From an uncultured Planctomycetales bacterium (lineage in GTDB: Bacteria; Omnitrophota; Gorgyraeia; Zapsychrales; JAHFFX01), in NCBI GenBank assembly GCA_964612665.1, contig CAZTCI010000003.1:207734-271733 (forward strand): DNA of 64,000 bases. Direction: 5' to 3'. Shown here piece after piece: positions 19,269-27,098 of the stretch (within the stretch, counting starts at the first letter, position 1; every line of letters begins with the position of its first letter). The position numbers and the translations under genes were made by a program. Under the pieces are notes generated by a model. That model saw nothing but the letters and a program-made list of their open reading frames with translations, made no database searches and was not told the DNA's origin.

Positions 19269-19697
19269 TTAGGCCTTTTCCCTTGGATGATAAGAATAAG
19301 AAACTCTCTTTGGAAAGGAAAAGGCCAATAAACCGATAATGTCTTCTGCGATAAGAACAGGGATTTCAAAATTATCGAGTACTTTGTGTTTTTTTGCTCT
19401 TGCCAGCATTTTTCGTGAATAATCTCGATGGGCGTGAAGATAATCGACACACCCTAAAGGCGCCATAGGATGCCAGTAATTTGAAAATTCTTGCGACTCA
19501 TGAGTCAGTTCGTACCCTAATTGAGCCATAATGTCTTTAACTTTACTGAGCTCTTCCGATTCGATTAGAAAATCTATATCTCTGGTTGCTCGGGTAAAAC
19601 CGGCTACATGCATAGCAAAACCACCAATAAGAGCAAACCGGATATTCTGTTTACTAAACTTCTGAAGTAATTCTTTAAAAACTAATTCAAAATTCAT
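19269..19697 (-). CDS. Minimal nucleotidyltransferase (MNT/AbiEii-like pol-beta superfamily)
   Basis: RFALIGGFAMHVAGFTRATRDIDFLI: the hG[GS]...DxD nucleotidyltransferase signature. Confidence 0.5.
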   Translation of the reverse strand: MNFELVFKELLQKFSKQNIRFALIGGFAMHVAGFTRATRDIDFLIESEELSKVKDIMAQLGYELTHESQEFSNYWHPMAPLGCVDYLHAHRDYSRKMLARAKKHKVLDNFEIPVLIAEDIIGLLAFSFPKRVSYSYHPREKA

Positions 19698-19701
19698 AAT
19701 C

Positions 19702-20649
19702 TCATCCTATTTGAGGTCTCTCTAAAACATAATCCACAATATACCGCGGACGGCCGCGGGATTCATCGAAGGTGCGCCAGAGATATTCGCCAAGCAAACC
19801 CATCATCATCATTTGAATGCCGCCGATGACAAGGATTGCCACCATCAACGACGACCAGCCTTCAACCGGCGACCCGTAAATCGACAGGATTAAAATATAA
19901 ATCGCATAAATAAATCCGACGAACGCCACGATAAAACCCAAAACGCTCATGTAACGGATCGGAATGTCGCTAAAAGCGAGCAGCGAATCTATGGTGAGTT
20001 TAATTTTCTTGCCCAAACTCCATTTCGACCGGCCGCTGTGCCTGGCTTTTTTAACGTAAGGCACCGAGGCCTGTTCAAAACCCAGCCATGCCAGCGTCAT
20101 AAAAATGGACGTATGTTTTTCTTTGATTTCTTTAAAGGCGTTGATGACCGTGCGGTCCGCCAGAAAAACGTCCGCGCCCGTCGGGTGCATTTTAACGCCG
20201 GTCAACCAATTCATTAATGAATAATAAAGGCGGGAAAAAAATTTGGTGTTGAGGGGTTCGCCTTCGCGTTTAGCGCGCACACCCCAAACGACTTTGGGTC
20301 CCTGCTTCCAGACTTGAACAAGCTGTAGAATAAGTTCCGGCGGATCTTGTAAATCAGCGGCCATGACAACAGCGCAGTTGCCCTCACAATGTTTTAATCC
20401 TGCCGCCAGCGCCGCATGGCTCCCGCAATTCCGGGCAAAACGGATAATGTGAACGCGCGGGTCTTTGTCATACAATCCCTTGAGCCGGACCGGCGTTTCG
20501 TCCGTCGAGCAGTCATCGACGAAAATAAATTCAAAGGAATATTCTCTGAGTTTAACGGCAACATCATTTAACCGCTGATGCAGAAGCTCAATATTGCCTT
20601 CTTCATTATAAGCGGGAATGATGACGGAAATGATCATTAGCTTTTCCAT
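19702..20649 (-). CDS. GT2 polyprenyl-phosphate glycosyltransferase with a C-terminal transmembrane anchor (GtrB/ArnC-like)
   Basis: ISVIIPAYNEEGNI, FIFVDDCSTDET and VMAADLQDPPE, plus two C-terminal transmembrane helices. Confidence 0.7.
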   Translation of the reverse strand: MEKLMIISVIIPAYNEEGNIELLHQRLNDVAVKLREYSFEFIFVDDCSTDETPVRLKGLYDKDPRVHIIRFARNCGSHAALAAGLKHCEGNCAVVMAADLQDPPELILQLVQVWKQGPKVVWGVRAKREGEPLNTKFFSRLYYSLMNWLTGVKMHPTGADVFLADRTVINAFKEIKEKHTSIFMTLAWLGFEQASVPYVKKARHSGRSKWSLGKKIKLTIDSLLAFSDIPIRYMSVLGFIVAFVGFIYAIYILILSIYGSPVEGWSSLMVAILVIGGIQMMMMGLLGEYLWRTFDESRGRPRYIVDYVLERPQIG

Positions 20650-20664
20650 AAGAGTTTAGTTGAA

Positions 20665-20795
20665 TGACCAATAACCAAGATACAATTTCCAAACAATACT
20701 CAATTTTCAATTCCAAATAACCAAACACATAGTTTTAGCGTTTGATTATTGTGTATTGGAATTTGTTTGGTCATTGTCACTTGTTTATTGGTTAT
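20665..20795. repeat. AT-rich imperfect palindrome of about 130 bp (arms about 50 bp) in the GT2-aminotransferase intergenic region
   Basis: Left arm GACCAATAACCAAGATACAATTTCCAAACAA.. is approximately the reverse complement of the right arm ..TTGTTTGGTCATTGTCACTTGTTTATTGGTTATT. Confidence 0.5.
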
Positions 20796-20803
20796 TTAAA
20801 AAA

Positions 20804-22012
20804 TTAATCATTCCTGATCAATCCAATAATCTTCTTAATCTCATCCTCCGACATTCCGACATAAAGCGGCAACAAAACGACTTGCCGACGGGCTAATTCC
20901 GAATTTGTTAGCGGTCGTTTCTGCGCCGCGTAGGGCGCTTCCTCATGAGCGTTCATAATACCGGCGCGCGTTGTTACGCCTTCATCCAGCAGATACTGCA
21001 TCATTTGATCGCGCGTTCGTGGCGCGTTTTCAAGCAAACGCACCGGAAAGCTTTGCCAATTACTGCGGCCGTAAACCGGTTCTTGAACCATGCGCAGCCA
21101 GGGCACATCCTGCAAATTTTTGATGTAATATTCTGCCAATCTCCGTCGGGTCCAAACAATTGTGTCTAAACGTTTGAGTTGTTCAATGCCGATTGCAGCC
21201 TGAATATCCGTCATACGATAGTTGTATCCGACAATTGGATATTGTTCGGCCATAACGCTTTTTGATTCATGACGGACTAAATCAGAAACATTCATGCCTT
21301 GATGGCGCAGCAATCTTAAATAATCGTCATGGAATTTTTCCTGACTTGTAATCATCCCGCCTTCGCCCGTTGTAATAATTTTCCGCGGATGAAACGAAAA
21401 GCACGCCAAAGCACCATGTGGTTTGCCGATCTTCTCAAAAGTTTTTCCGCCATCAAATGAAATCTCACTGCCGACCGCGCAGGCCGCATCCTCGACGACT
21501 GGCACTTGAAATTGACGCATCAACTTCAAAATATTGGACAGATCGCACGGAAGCCCCATTTGATGCACAACTAAAAGCGCGCTGATCTTTCTGCCTTGAT
21601 AAAATAGAATTCCGTTCTCAAACCGGCATTCGTTTTGAATGAACTCATTTAATTTTTCAAACGAAAGATTATACGTTTCTAAATCAATATCTATAAACAA
21701 AGGCTCAGCGCCGCAATAACGGATGCTGTTGGCAGTCGCGATAAAAGAATGACTGACGGTAATTACATAATCACCGGGTTTAACGCCGACGGCAAGGAGC
21801 GCCAGGTGCATCGCGCAGGTACAATTAGAAACCGCACCAGCGAAAGCCGCACCAGTGCAGACGCTAAATTTATTCTCAAACTCCTTAACCTTCGGTCCTT
21901 GTGTGACCCAGCCGGAACGGATGACTTCACTTGCGGCGTTAGTTTCTTCTGTTCCCAAAACCGGTTTAGCAAGAGGAATTACACTTTTAGAAATTGAATT
22001 TGATTCAACCAT
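20804..22012 (-). CDS. DegT/DnrJ/EryC1/StrS family sugar aminotransferase (FdtB/WbpE/ArnB-like)
   Basis: FSFHPRKIITTGEGGMITSQ PLP-lysine motif; 402 aa. Confidence 0.65.
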   Translation of the reverse strand: MVESNSISKSVIPLAKPVLGTEETNAASEVIRSGWVTQGPKVKEFENKFSVCTGAAFAGAVSNCTCAMHLALLAVGVKPGDYVITVSHSFIATANSIRYCGAEPLFIDIDLETYNLSFEKLNEFIQNECRFENGILFYQGRKISALLVVHQMGLPCDLSNILKLMRQFQVPVVEDAACAVGSEISFDGGKTFEKIGKPHGALACFSFHPRKIITTGEGGMITSQEKFHDDYLRLLRHQGMNVSDLVRHESKSVMAEQYPIVGYNYRMTDIQAAIGIEQLKRLDTIVWTRRRLAEYYIKNLQDVPWLRMVQEPVYGRSNWQSFPVRLLENAPRTRDQMMQYLLDEGVTTRAGIMNAHEEAPYAAQKRPLTNSELARRQVVLLPLYVGMSEDEIKKIIGLIRND

Positions 22013-22959
22013 GCGACAAGCCTTGTTAATCCTTCTTTTAAAGAAACGGTTGTTTTAAAACCGAGAATATTTTGGGCTTTGGAAATATCCGCCAATCGTC
22101 GTCGGACTTCGACTTTTTGGCGGTCGTGAGGGATTTCGACATACTGAGGTTTTAAAGGTGATTGCATGACTTCGAGAAGCGATAAGCATAATTGCTCGAG
22201 TGAGGTTTCTTTGCCTTCGGCCACATTGAAAACATCGTTTGTAACCGGAGTTTTTAAACCAAGAATGCTGGCGCGTGCCACATCTTCGACGTAAACAAAG
22301 TCCATGGTTTGTTTCCCGTCGCCAAAAATAACCGGCGGCTTGCCTTCTTTGATGAGATGGTACCAACGGATCAACACCTCTGTATATTTCCCAAAGGTAT
22401 CCATACGCGGGCCGTAAATATTAAAGTAACGTAACGCGACATAATTTAGACCTGACATTTGATAAAAGGAACGGCACATCAGTTCATTGGCTGCCTTGGC
22501 CGCGCCGTAAAGGGTAAAATTATTGTAAGGATGGTGCGTTTCTTTGGTGGGAAAACTATCCGCTTGACCGTAAACGGACGCGCTCGACGCTAAAACGAGT
22601 TTTTTTATTTTATGTTGAACGCAGGATTCCAAAACATTGAACGTGCCGTCGTACATGATTTCTAAAGCTTCGCGCGGTTGGGCGGCACATTGTGTAATGC
22701 GTAAGGCAGCGAGATGAAAACAATAATCCATACCGGCCGTCAGCGAATCAATCAACGCCCGGTCACGGATGTCGCCTTCAATGAGTTTAATTTTTCCGGA
22801 AGCTAAAGCACTTTTGAGATTTTCACGCGAACCACGCATAAAGTTATCGATGACGGTGATTTCTTTAACGTGTTCGGCCACTAATTGTTCGACGATATAA
22901 GAGCCGACGAATCCGGCGCCACCGGTGATTAGGATTTTCGAATTATTTAGAGTGTTCAT
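21979..22959 (-). CDS. NAD-dependent epimerase/dehydratase (UDP-sugar 4-epimerase / UDP-glucuronate decarboxylase-like)
   Basis: ILITGGAGFVGSYIV, YGAAKAANE (YxxxK) and GDGKQTMDFVYVEDVA. Confidence 0.6.
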   Translation of the reverse strand: MNTLNNSKILITGGAGFVGSYIVEQLVAEHVKEITVIDNFMRGSRENLKSALASGKIKLIEGDIRDRALIDSLTAGMDYCFHLAALRITQCAAQPREALEIMYDGTFNVLESCVQHKIKKLVLASSASVYGQADSFPTKETHHPYNNFTLYGAAKAANELMCRSFYQMSGLNYVALRYFNIYGPRMDTFGKYTEVLIRWYHLIKEGKPPVIFGDGKQTMDFVYVEDVARASILGLKTPVTNDVFNVAEGKETSLEQLCLSLLEVMQSPLKPQYVEIPHDRQKVEVRRRLADISKAQNILGFKTTVSLKEGLTRLVAWLNQIQFLKV

Positions 22960-22992
22960 ATCAATTTTTTCATCGAGAGGGGCTTTTGGTAT

Positions 22993-23123
22993 GGGCTGTC
23001 AGCGAACTCCGATCCAGCGTCCGCCTACCTTCTTTCCAGAAAAGGCGTAGACTGGATCGCGTGCCCGCCCCGGCTTCGCCGGATACGGCGGGCCGGGGAG
23101 CGGATAGCCTGCTGCCAAAGCCC
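22993..23123. repeat. GC-rich structured intergenic element of about 130 nt (over 60% GC in a genome with low-40s GC). It contains the hairpins CCGATCCAGCGTCCGCC/GGCGTAGACTGGATCG and CCGGCTTCGCCGG
   Basis: Read directly. Shares short motifs with the element at 26966-27066. Confidence 0.4.
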
Positions 23124-23134
23124 ATTCGTCGAAG

Positions 23135-23755
23135 TTATATCATTTTATTTCTTCGCAGTATAATCGCTAATGCCTCGTGGCCAATCAATGTATAAGTAAA
23201 ACGATAGCTTTGAATTTGATATTCAGAAAAACTCCGGACCATTTCTAAAAGCGCTTCTTCGGTCCTCACCCATTGCCCGCGGTCTAGCTTTCTTAACAAC
23301 CACGCCAGCGGCCGTAAATACGGCCGTCTGGGCCAGACACTATCAATAATCACAACCCGACCGCGCCCGTCGGTTAAACGCATTATTTCTTGAATCGTCT
23401 GGCGGGCGTCCGCATCAGCAAGATGATGCAGCAATCCAAACGACCGACATTCATCAAAAGAATTTCGCCGAAACGGCATTGCCGCCGCCGACCCAACAAC
23501 ACCTTTTCTTTGACTATCCTTTGAATAACTTTTAATGTAACCCAAATTAATGTCTAACCCGACGAGTTTCTGTTCCGGCCCGGCAGAAGTATTGAGCTGC
23601 GGACCGCATCCAACATCTAAGATCAGACCTTTTGAATCTTTAAAAATTTTGTTAAAATGTTTCCTCAAAAAAAAATTGGCGCCAGGGGCCAATACAACTT
23701 GAGAAGCTCGATAGACGAGCGGATTATTTAAAATTGGATAAAGCCAAGCGGCCAT
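23135..23755 (-). CDS. Class I SAM-dependent methyltransferase
   Basis: LDVGCGPQLN motif I. Confidence 0.55.
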   Translation of the reverse strand: MAAWLYPILNNPLVYRASQVVLAPGANFFLRKHFNKIFKDSKGLILDVGCGPQLNTSAGPEQKLVGLDINLGYIKSYSKDSQRKGVVGSAAAMPFRRNSFDECRSFGLLHHLADADARQTIQEIMRLTDGRGRVVIIDSVWPRRPYLRPLAWLLRKLDRGQWVRTEEALLEMVRSFSEYQIQSYRFTYTLIGHEALAIILRRNKMI

Positions 23756-23760
23756 AATGA

Positions 23761-24243
23761 CTAACGTTTCTTAAGAAACCGCGCCGGATTTCCAACCCAA
23801 ACTTCATTCGGCGGAATATCCTTGGTGACAACGCTTCCCGCGCCGATTAAAGCACCAGCCCCGATTTTAATGCCGCCCAAAATTGTCGCGTTACTTCCAA
23901 TTGAAACGCGATTCCCGATTTTCGTTTCAACAAACCGGCCTTTCCAATCCGCTTCGGCTTCCATTTCACCTTTATCATTGACCGAACGCGGATTGTTATC
24001 ATTGACAAACATAACCCCGTGGCCGATAAAACAATCATTGCCGATCGTGACACCTTCACAAATAAATGTATGCGAAGAAATTTTACAATTCTTCCCGACG
24101 GAAGCGTTCTTTTGGATCTCAACAAAGCTTCCAATCTTTGTGTTATCCTCCACACGGCAGCCATATAAATTTATAAATTTAGAAAGCTTGACGCTTTGTC
24201 CCAGCTTAACGTCATCGGCGACACATAAAAAATTATTATTCAT
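23761..24243 (-). CDS. Left-handed beta-helix (hexapeptide repeat) acetyltransferase, sugar N-acetyltransferase-like (WbpD/FdtC/PglD type)
   Basis: Repeated [LIV]G.... hexapeptides (IGNDCFIGHGVMF, IGSNATILGGIKIGAGALIGAGSVV). Confidence 0.6.
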   Translation of the reverse strand: MNNNFLCVADDVKLGQSVKLSKFINLYGCRVEDNTKIGSFVEIQKNASVGKNCKISSHTFICEGVTIGNDCFIGHGVMFVNDNNPRSVNDKGEMEAEADWKGRFVETKIGNRVSIGSNATILGGIKIGAGALIGAGSVVTKDIPPNEVWVGNPARFLKKR

Positions 24244-25244
24244 AGCTTAATAACTTTGCCTTTCTTCTTTAATGATTCAGCCGCGGCTGAAAGCAAATGC
24301 ATGACGCGCAGACCAGAATCTCCGTCGTTAATCGGTTGTTGGTTGGTCTTAAGACACTTTACAAAATGTTCCAATTCCAATTTAAGCGCCTCGGTTAAAT
24401 CCACATGAGGCGACCACATATCACCAGAACGGTAATCGACCATCAAACGATAACGGCCTTCCTTATCGTTAAGGGTGACCCCGCGGTCGTAGACTTTAAT
24501 TTTTTCATCGGTCTGCAAATCGTCCCACACCAGCATCTTTTTTTCGGCGCCAATCAAAACTGTCCTAATCTTAACCGGCGAAAGCCAATTCACGCTAATG
24601 TGCGCCATAAATTTCTCTTGGAAATAAACCGTAATGTACGCCATATTTTCCTGCCCGCGGCCCATATGGTCAATGCCTTGGGCGCTTACGGCGACGGGTT
24701 TATAAGGAATAACATAATCAATAATCGAAAAATCATGCGGCACCAGATCCCAAATGACATTAGCGTCATGACGAAAAAGCCCGAGGCTGCTGCGCAAAGA
24801 GTCATAATAATATAACTTCCCTAAATCTTTTTGCTCGATCAATTCTTTAATTTTACGCACCGCACCGGTAAAAAGAAAAACATGGTCCACCATAATGGTC
24901 AATTTTTTCTTTTTGGCCAGGGCTGTTAACTCCTCGGCTTCTTTTAAATTGGAAGTGAAAGGTTTTTCAATAAAGACATGCTTGCCGTTCATTAACACGC
25001 TTTTGGCAAGTTTATAGTGTGTAGAAACTGGAGTAATGATAGCAACGATATCGATCGCGGGAGATTTAATGATCTCATCCGGATCGGTTGTAAGATGGGA
25101 AATGTTGGATAGATTTTGGAATTTTTTAAGCGCCTGGGGATTTTGATCACACAAACTATGAACTTTAATCCCCTCAATGGATAAAAGATTCCGAACAACA
25201 TTAGGTCCCCAATATCCGTAGCCAATGACACCGAAATTAAGCAT
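24240..25244 (-). CDS. Gfo/Idh/MocA-family NAD-dependent oxidoreductase, WbpB-like UDP-sugar 3-dehydrogenase
   Basis: NFGVIGYGYWGPNVVRNL Rossmann motif and EKP motif (FIEKPF). Confidence 0.55.
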   Translation of the reverse strand: MLNFGVIGYGYWGPNVVRNLLSIEGIKVHSLCDQNPQALKKFQNLSNISHLTTDPDEIIKSPAIDIVAIITPVSTHYKLAKSVLMNGKHVFIEKPFTSNLKEAEELTALAKKKKLTIMVDHVFLFTGAVRKIKELIEQKDLGKLYYYDSLRSSLGLFRHDANVIWDLVPHDFSIIDYVIPYKPVAVSAQGIDHMGRGQENMAYITVYFQEKFMAHISVNWLSPVKIRTVLIGAEKKMLVWDDLQTDEKIKVYDRGVTLNDKEGRYRLMVDYRSGDMWSPHVDLTEALKLELEHFVKCLKTNQQPINDGDSGLRVMHLLSAAAESLKKKGKVIKL

Positions 25245-25438
25245 AGTAACTCCTTCGCGAATCTTGACTTTTGTACCATGATAAGGCGCGTTTGGAAAGA
25301 AAAAAGTAAATTGATGATGGCTTACAAAATACTTGTGAAAATTTCTGTAAACGGTGAGGAATGTAATAGAATACCGTCAATAATTTAAAACTTTTACCAG
25401 CACTTGTGCTAGTAAAGATTAAGGCCCATGAGCGGATC

Positions 25439-25464
25439 ACCGCGACAGGACCCGCTGCTTCGGC
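25439..25464 (+). repeat. 26-nt GC-rich element CCGCGACAGGACCCGCTGCTTCGGCG in the 5' UTR of GT-C paralog 2. It is the near-perfect inverse of 26965-26990
   Basis: The reverse complement of 26965-26990 is GCCGTGACAGGACCCGCTGCCTTCGGC. Confidence 0.55.
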
Positions 25465-25489
25465 GATTATTCAGATAAATTGTAGAAGC

Positions 25490-26935
25490 ATGAAAAATTC
25501 TATAACGCAAAACAAAGTCTCTCTCCTTTCTTATCTTCAAGAGCCGGTCATCGCTCTTGCCTTTCTCTTACCGCTTATCTATTGGATTTATCTGGCCTTC
25601 ACCACACAGATGAATATCCGTTTTGATGCGCAAGGGTTTGAAAAACTCGCAGGGTATATTTATCATCAAGGCTGGCCGGCTTTTTTTGAACAAAATCCCG
25701 ACCAAAGTCCTCTCTATCCTTTTCTTATTTCCATTTCCATGCGGATAGCTGACTTTTTTGCGCTGCCTTACCAAAGAATTCAAACCATCTTTCAAATTTT
25801 CCTGCTATTACTTTCCCAATTCTTGCTATTAAAAATCTTAACGCGGATTAACATTAAGAAATCTCTAATAGCTTTCGTCTTGCTTTATTTTGGATTTTCA
25901 CCGGCTATTGTCAACTCAGCCTTTAGTCTTTTCTGCGAAATCCTAACTTACCCTTTTGTCCTCGGGATTATTTTGTGTTCGGTTGAAATCTGGAATTTAA
26001 TTCTAAGCAAAGAACGTTTTGGCCGGATAGTGAGTTACAGCATTTTACTGGCGGCAATTTTTTTTCTTATCACCTGCACGCGCGCGATTTATGAATACAT
26101 TCTTGTCGTCTATATTTTCTTTTTTGCTTTGATATCCATTAAATTTATTAGAGAAACGGAGCGCTTCCTGCGAGCGATAGCTTTTTTAAGTATTGTGTTC
26201 ATATGCTTTCAAACGCTTTTAACGCCTTATAAACTGATGAATTTGAAATATAACGGCCACAAAGTCACCATCATTGTGGGCGCTTCATCTGTTTATGCCG
26301 ACGCTGTTGGAAGAACGCGGCCGATTACGGGTCAACAACTCCTGATCGCATTAAGTTTTATCCCAGGAGACGGCGTGTGTTGGAAATTTTTTGGGAAAGA
26401 AAAATGCGATTTTTGGTACAACGACATGTACCAAATTGGGCTTAAAAAAGTTGAAGCGCTCAGGAAGGCTGGAATTCCTAATGAACAACATGACAAAATC
26501 CTTTACCGCGAAGCCAAGGAACATATTTTCCAAAAACCGTTCCAGTACGCGCTTTTAAATGCGATTGAAGGGTTCAAAATGTTCTTTTGGGAATCAACCC
26601 GGATTGGGTTTGTGGCTTATCCGGTGTGGTTGGAAAAAATTTTTAGGAATGTGCTTTTTAAAGATGTTTTGCGTCTAGCCGTCGCTATTGTAACGATCTT
26701 TTGCTTTCTTGATAATTTGATTTATGTTTTTCGCAGGCGGGATTTTTATGAAGTGCGATCTAACACGATATATCTTTTCACCATCTTGGTCGTCGTTACG
26801 GCAAACATCGTCTTACATTCCTTTTTCATAACCGTAACCCGTTATGCGCTTCCTTTTGCGCCTTTGTATTTGATCTTGATTGCCTGCACGCTGCAAAGAA
26901 AAACCGCATCCAGCAATCATCCGTCTCATTATTAG
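25490..26935 (+). CDS. GT-C fold membrane glycosyltransferase (ArnT/PMT_2-like), paralog of 9502-10932
   Basis: IYWIYLAFT, DAQGF...QSPLYPFL and FWESTRIGFV are conserved with the paralog (..FWESTKIGFV..). The start is set at the internal Met (MKNSITQ); the ORF-track N-terminus would translate the GC-rich repeat. Confidence 0.6.
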   Translation: MKNSITQNKVSLLSYLQEPVIALAFLLPLIYWIYLAFTTQMNIRFDAQGFEKLAGYIYHQGWPAFFEQNPDQSPLYPFLISISMRIADFFALPYQRIQTIFQIFLLLLSQFLLLKILTRINIKKSLIAFVLLYFGFSPAIVNSAFSLFCEILTYPFVLGIILCSVEIWNLILSKERFGRIVSYSILLAAIFFLITCTRAIYEYILVVYIFFFALISIKFIRETERFLRAIAFLSIVFICFQTLLTPYKLMNLKYNGHKVTIIVGASSVYADAVGRTRPITGQQLLIALSFIPGDGVCWKFFGKEKCDFWYNDMYQIGLKKVEALRKAGIPNEQHDKILYREAKEHIFQKPFQYALLNAIEGFKMFFWESTRIGFVAYPVWLEKIFRNVLFKDVLRLAVAIVTIFCFLDNLIYVFRRRDFYEVRSNTIYLFTILVVVTANIVLHSFFITVTRYALPFAPLYLILIACTLQRKTASSNHPSHY

Positions 26936-26965
26936 TCTTTCCTTAATAGAATGTATCTCATAAAT

Positions 26966-27066
26966 AGCCGAAGGCAGCGGGTCCTGTCACGGCAAACCGC
27001 TTGTGGGCCCCGTCCGCCCGGCGTGGATCCTCCCACAATCGGTTCGCCGTGCCACCCGCTGCCCGC
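26966..27066. repeat. GC-rich extended hairpin of about 100 nt. It has three nested stems: GGCAGCGGGT/ACCCGCTGCC, CACGGCAAACCG/CGGTTCGCCGTG and TTGTGGG/CCCACAA. It lies between two convergent genes
   Basis: Read directly. Probably serves as a bidirectional terminator/3' element for the GT-C and acyltransferase genes. Confidence 0.55.
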
Positions 27067-27098
27067 TCAATACCCTTTATGGGATGACTTCTAATATC

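Noticed and set aside
19047-19697. Possible stop-codon readthrough joining the 142-aa NTase to the in-frame 70-aa ORF
   Set aside because: Two stop codons (TAA, then TGA one codon later) separate them. The downstream ORF only starts at a TTG. The same frame is a 1-in-3 coincidence.
25406-25489. N-terminal 28 codons of the GT-C paralog ORF (MLVKIKAHERITATGPAASAIIQINCRS)
   Set aside because: This stretch coincides with the GC-rich repeat element. The paralog at 9502 and the hydrophobic-helix alignment support the start at the internal Met.
26936-27098. Integron attC site or tRNA in the GC-rich gap after the GT-C paralog
   Set aside because: There is no GTTRRRY/RYYYAAC core pair, no integrase, and no cloverleaf or T-loop GTTCRANYC motif. 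It fits better as an extended hairpin repeat.
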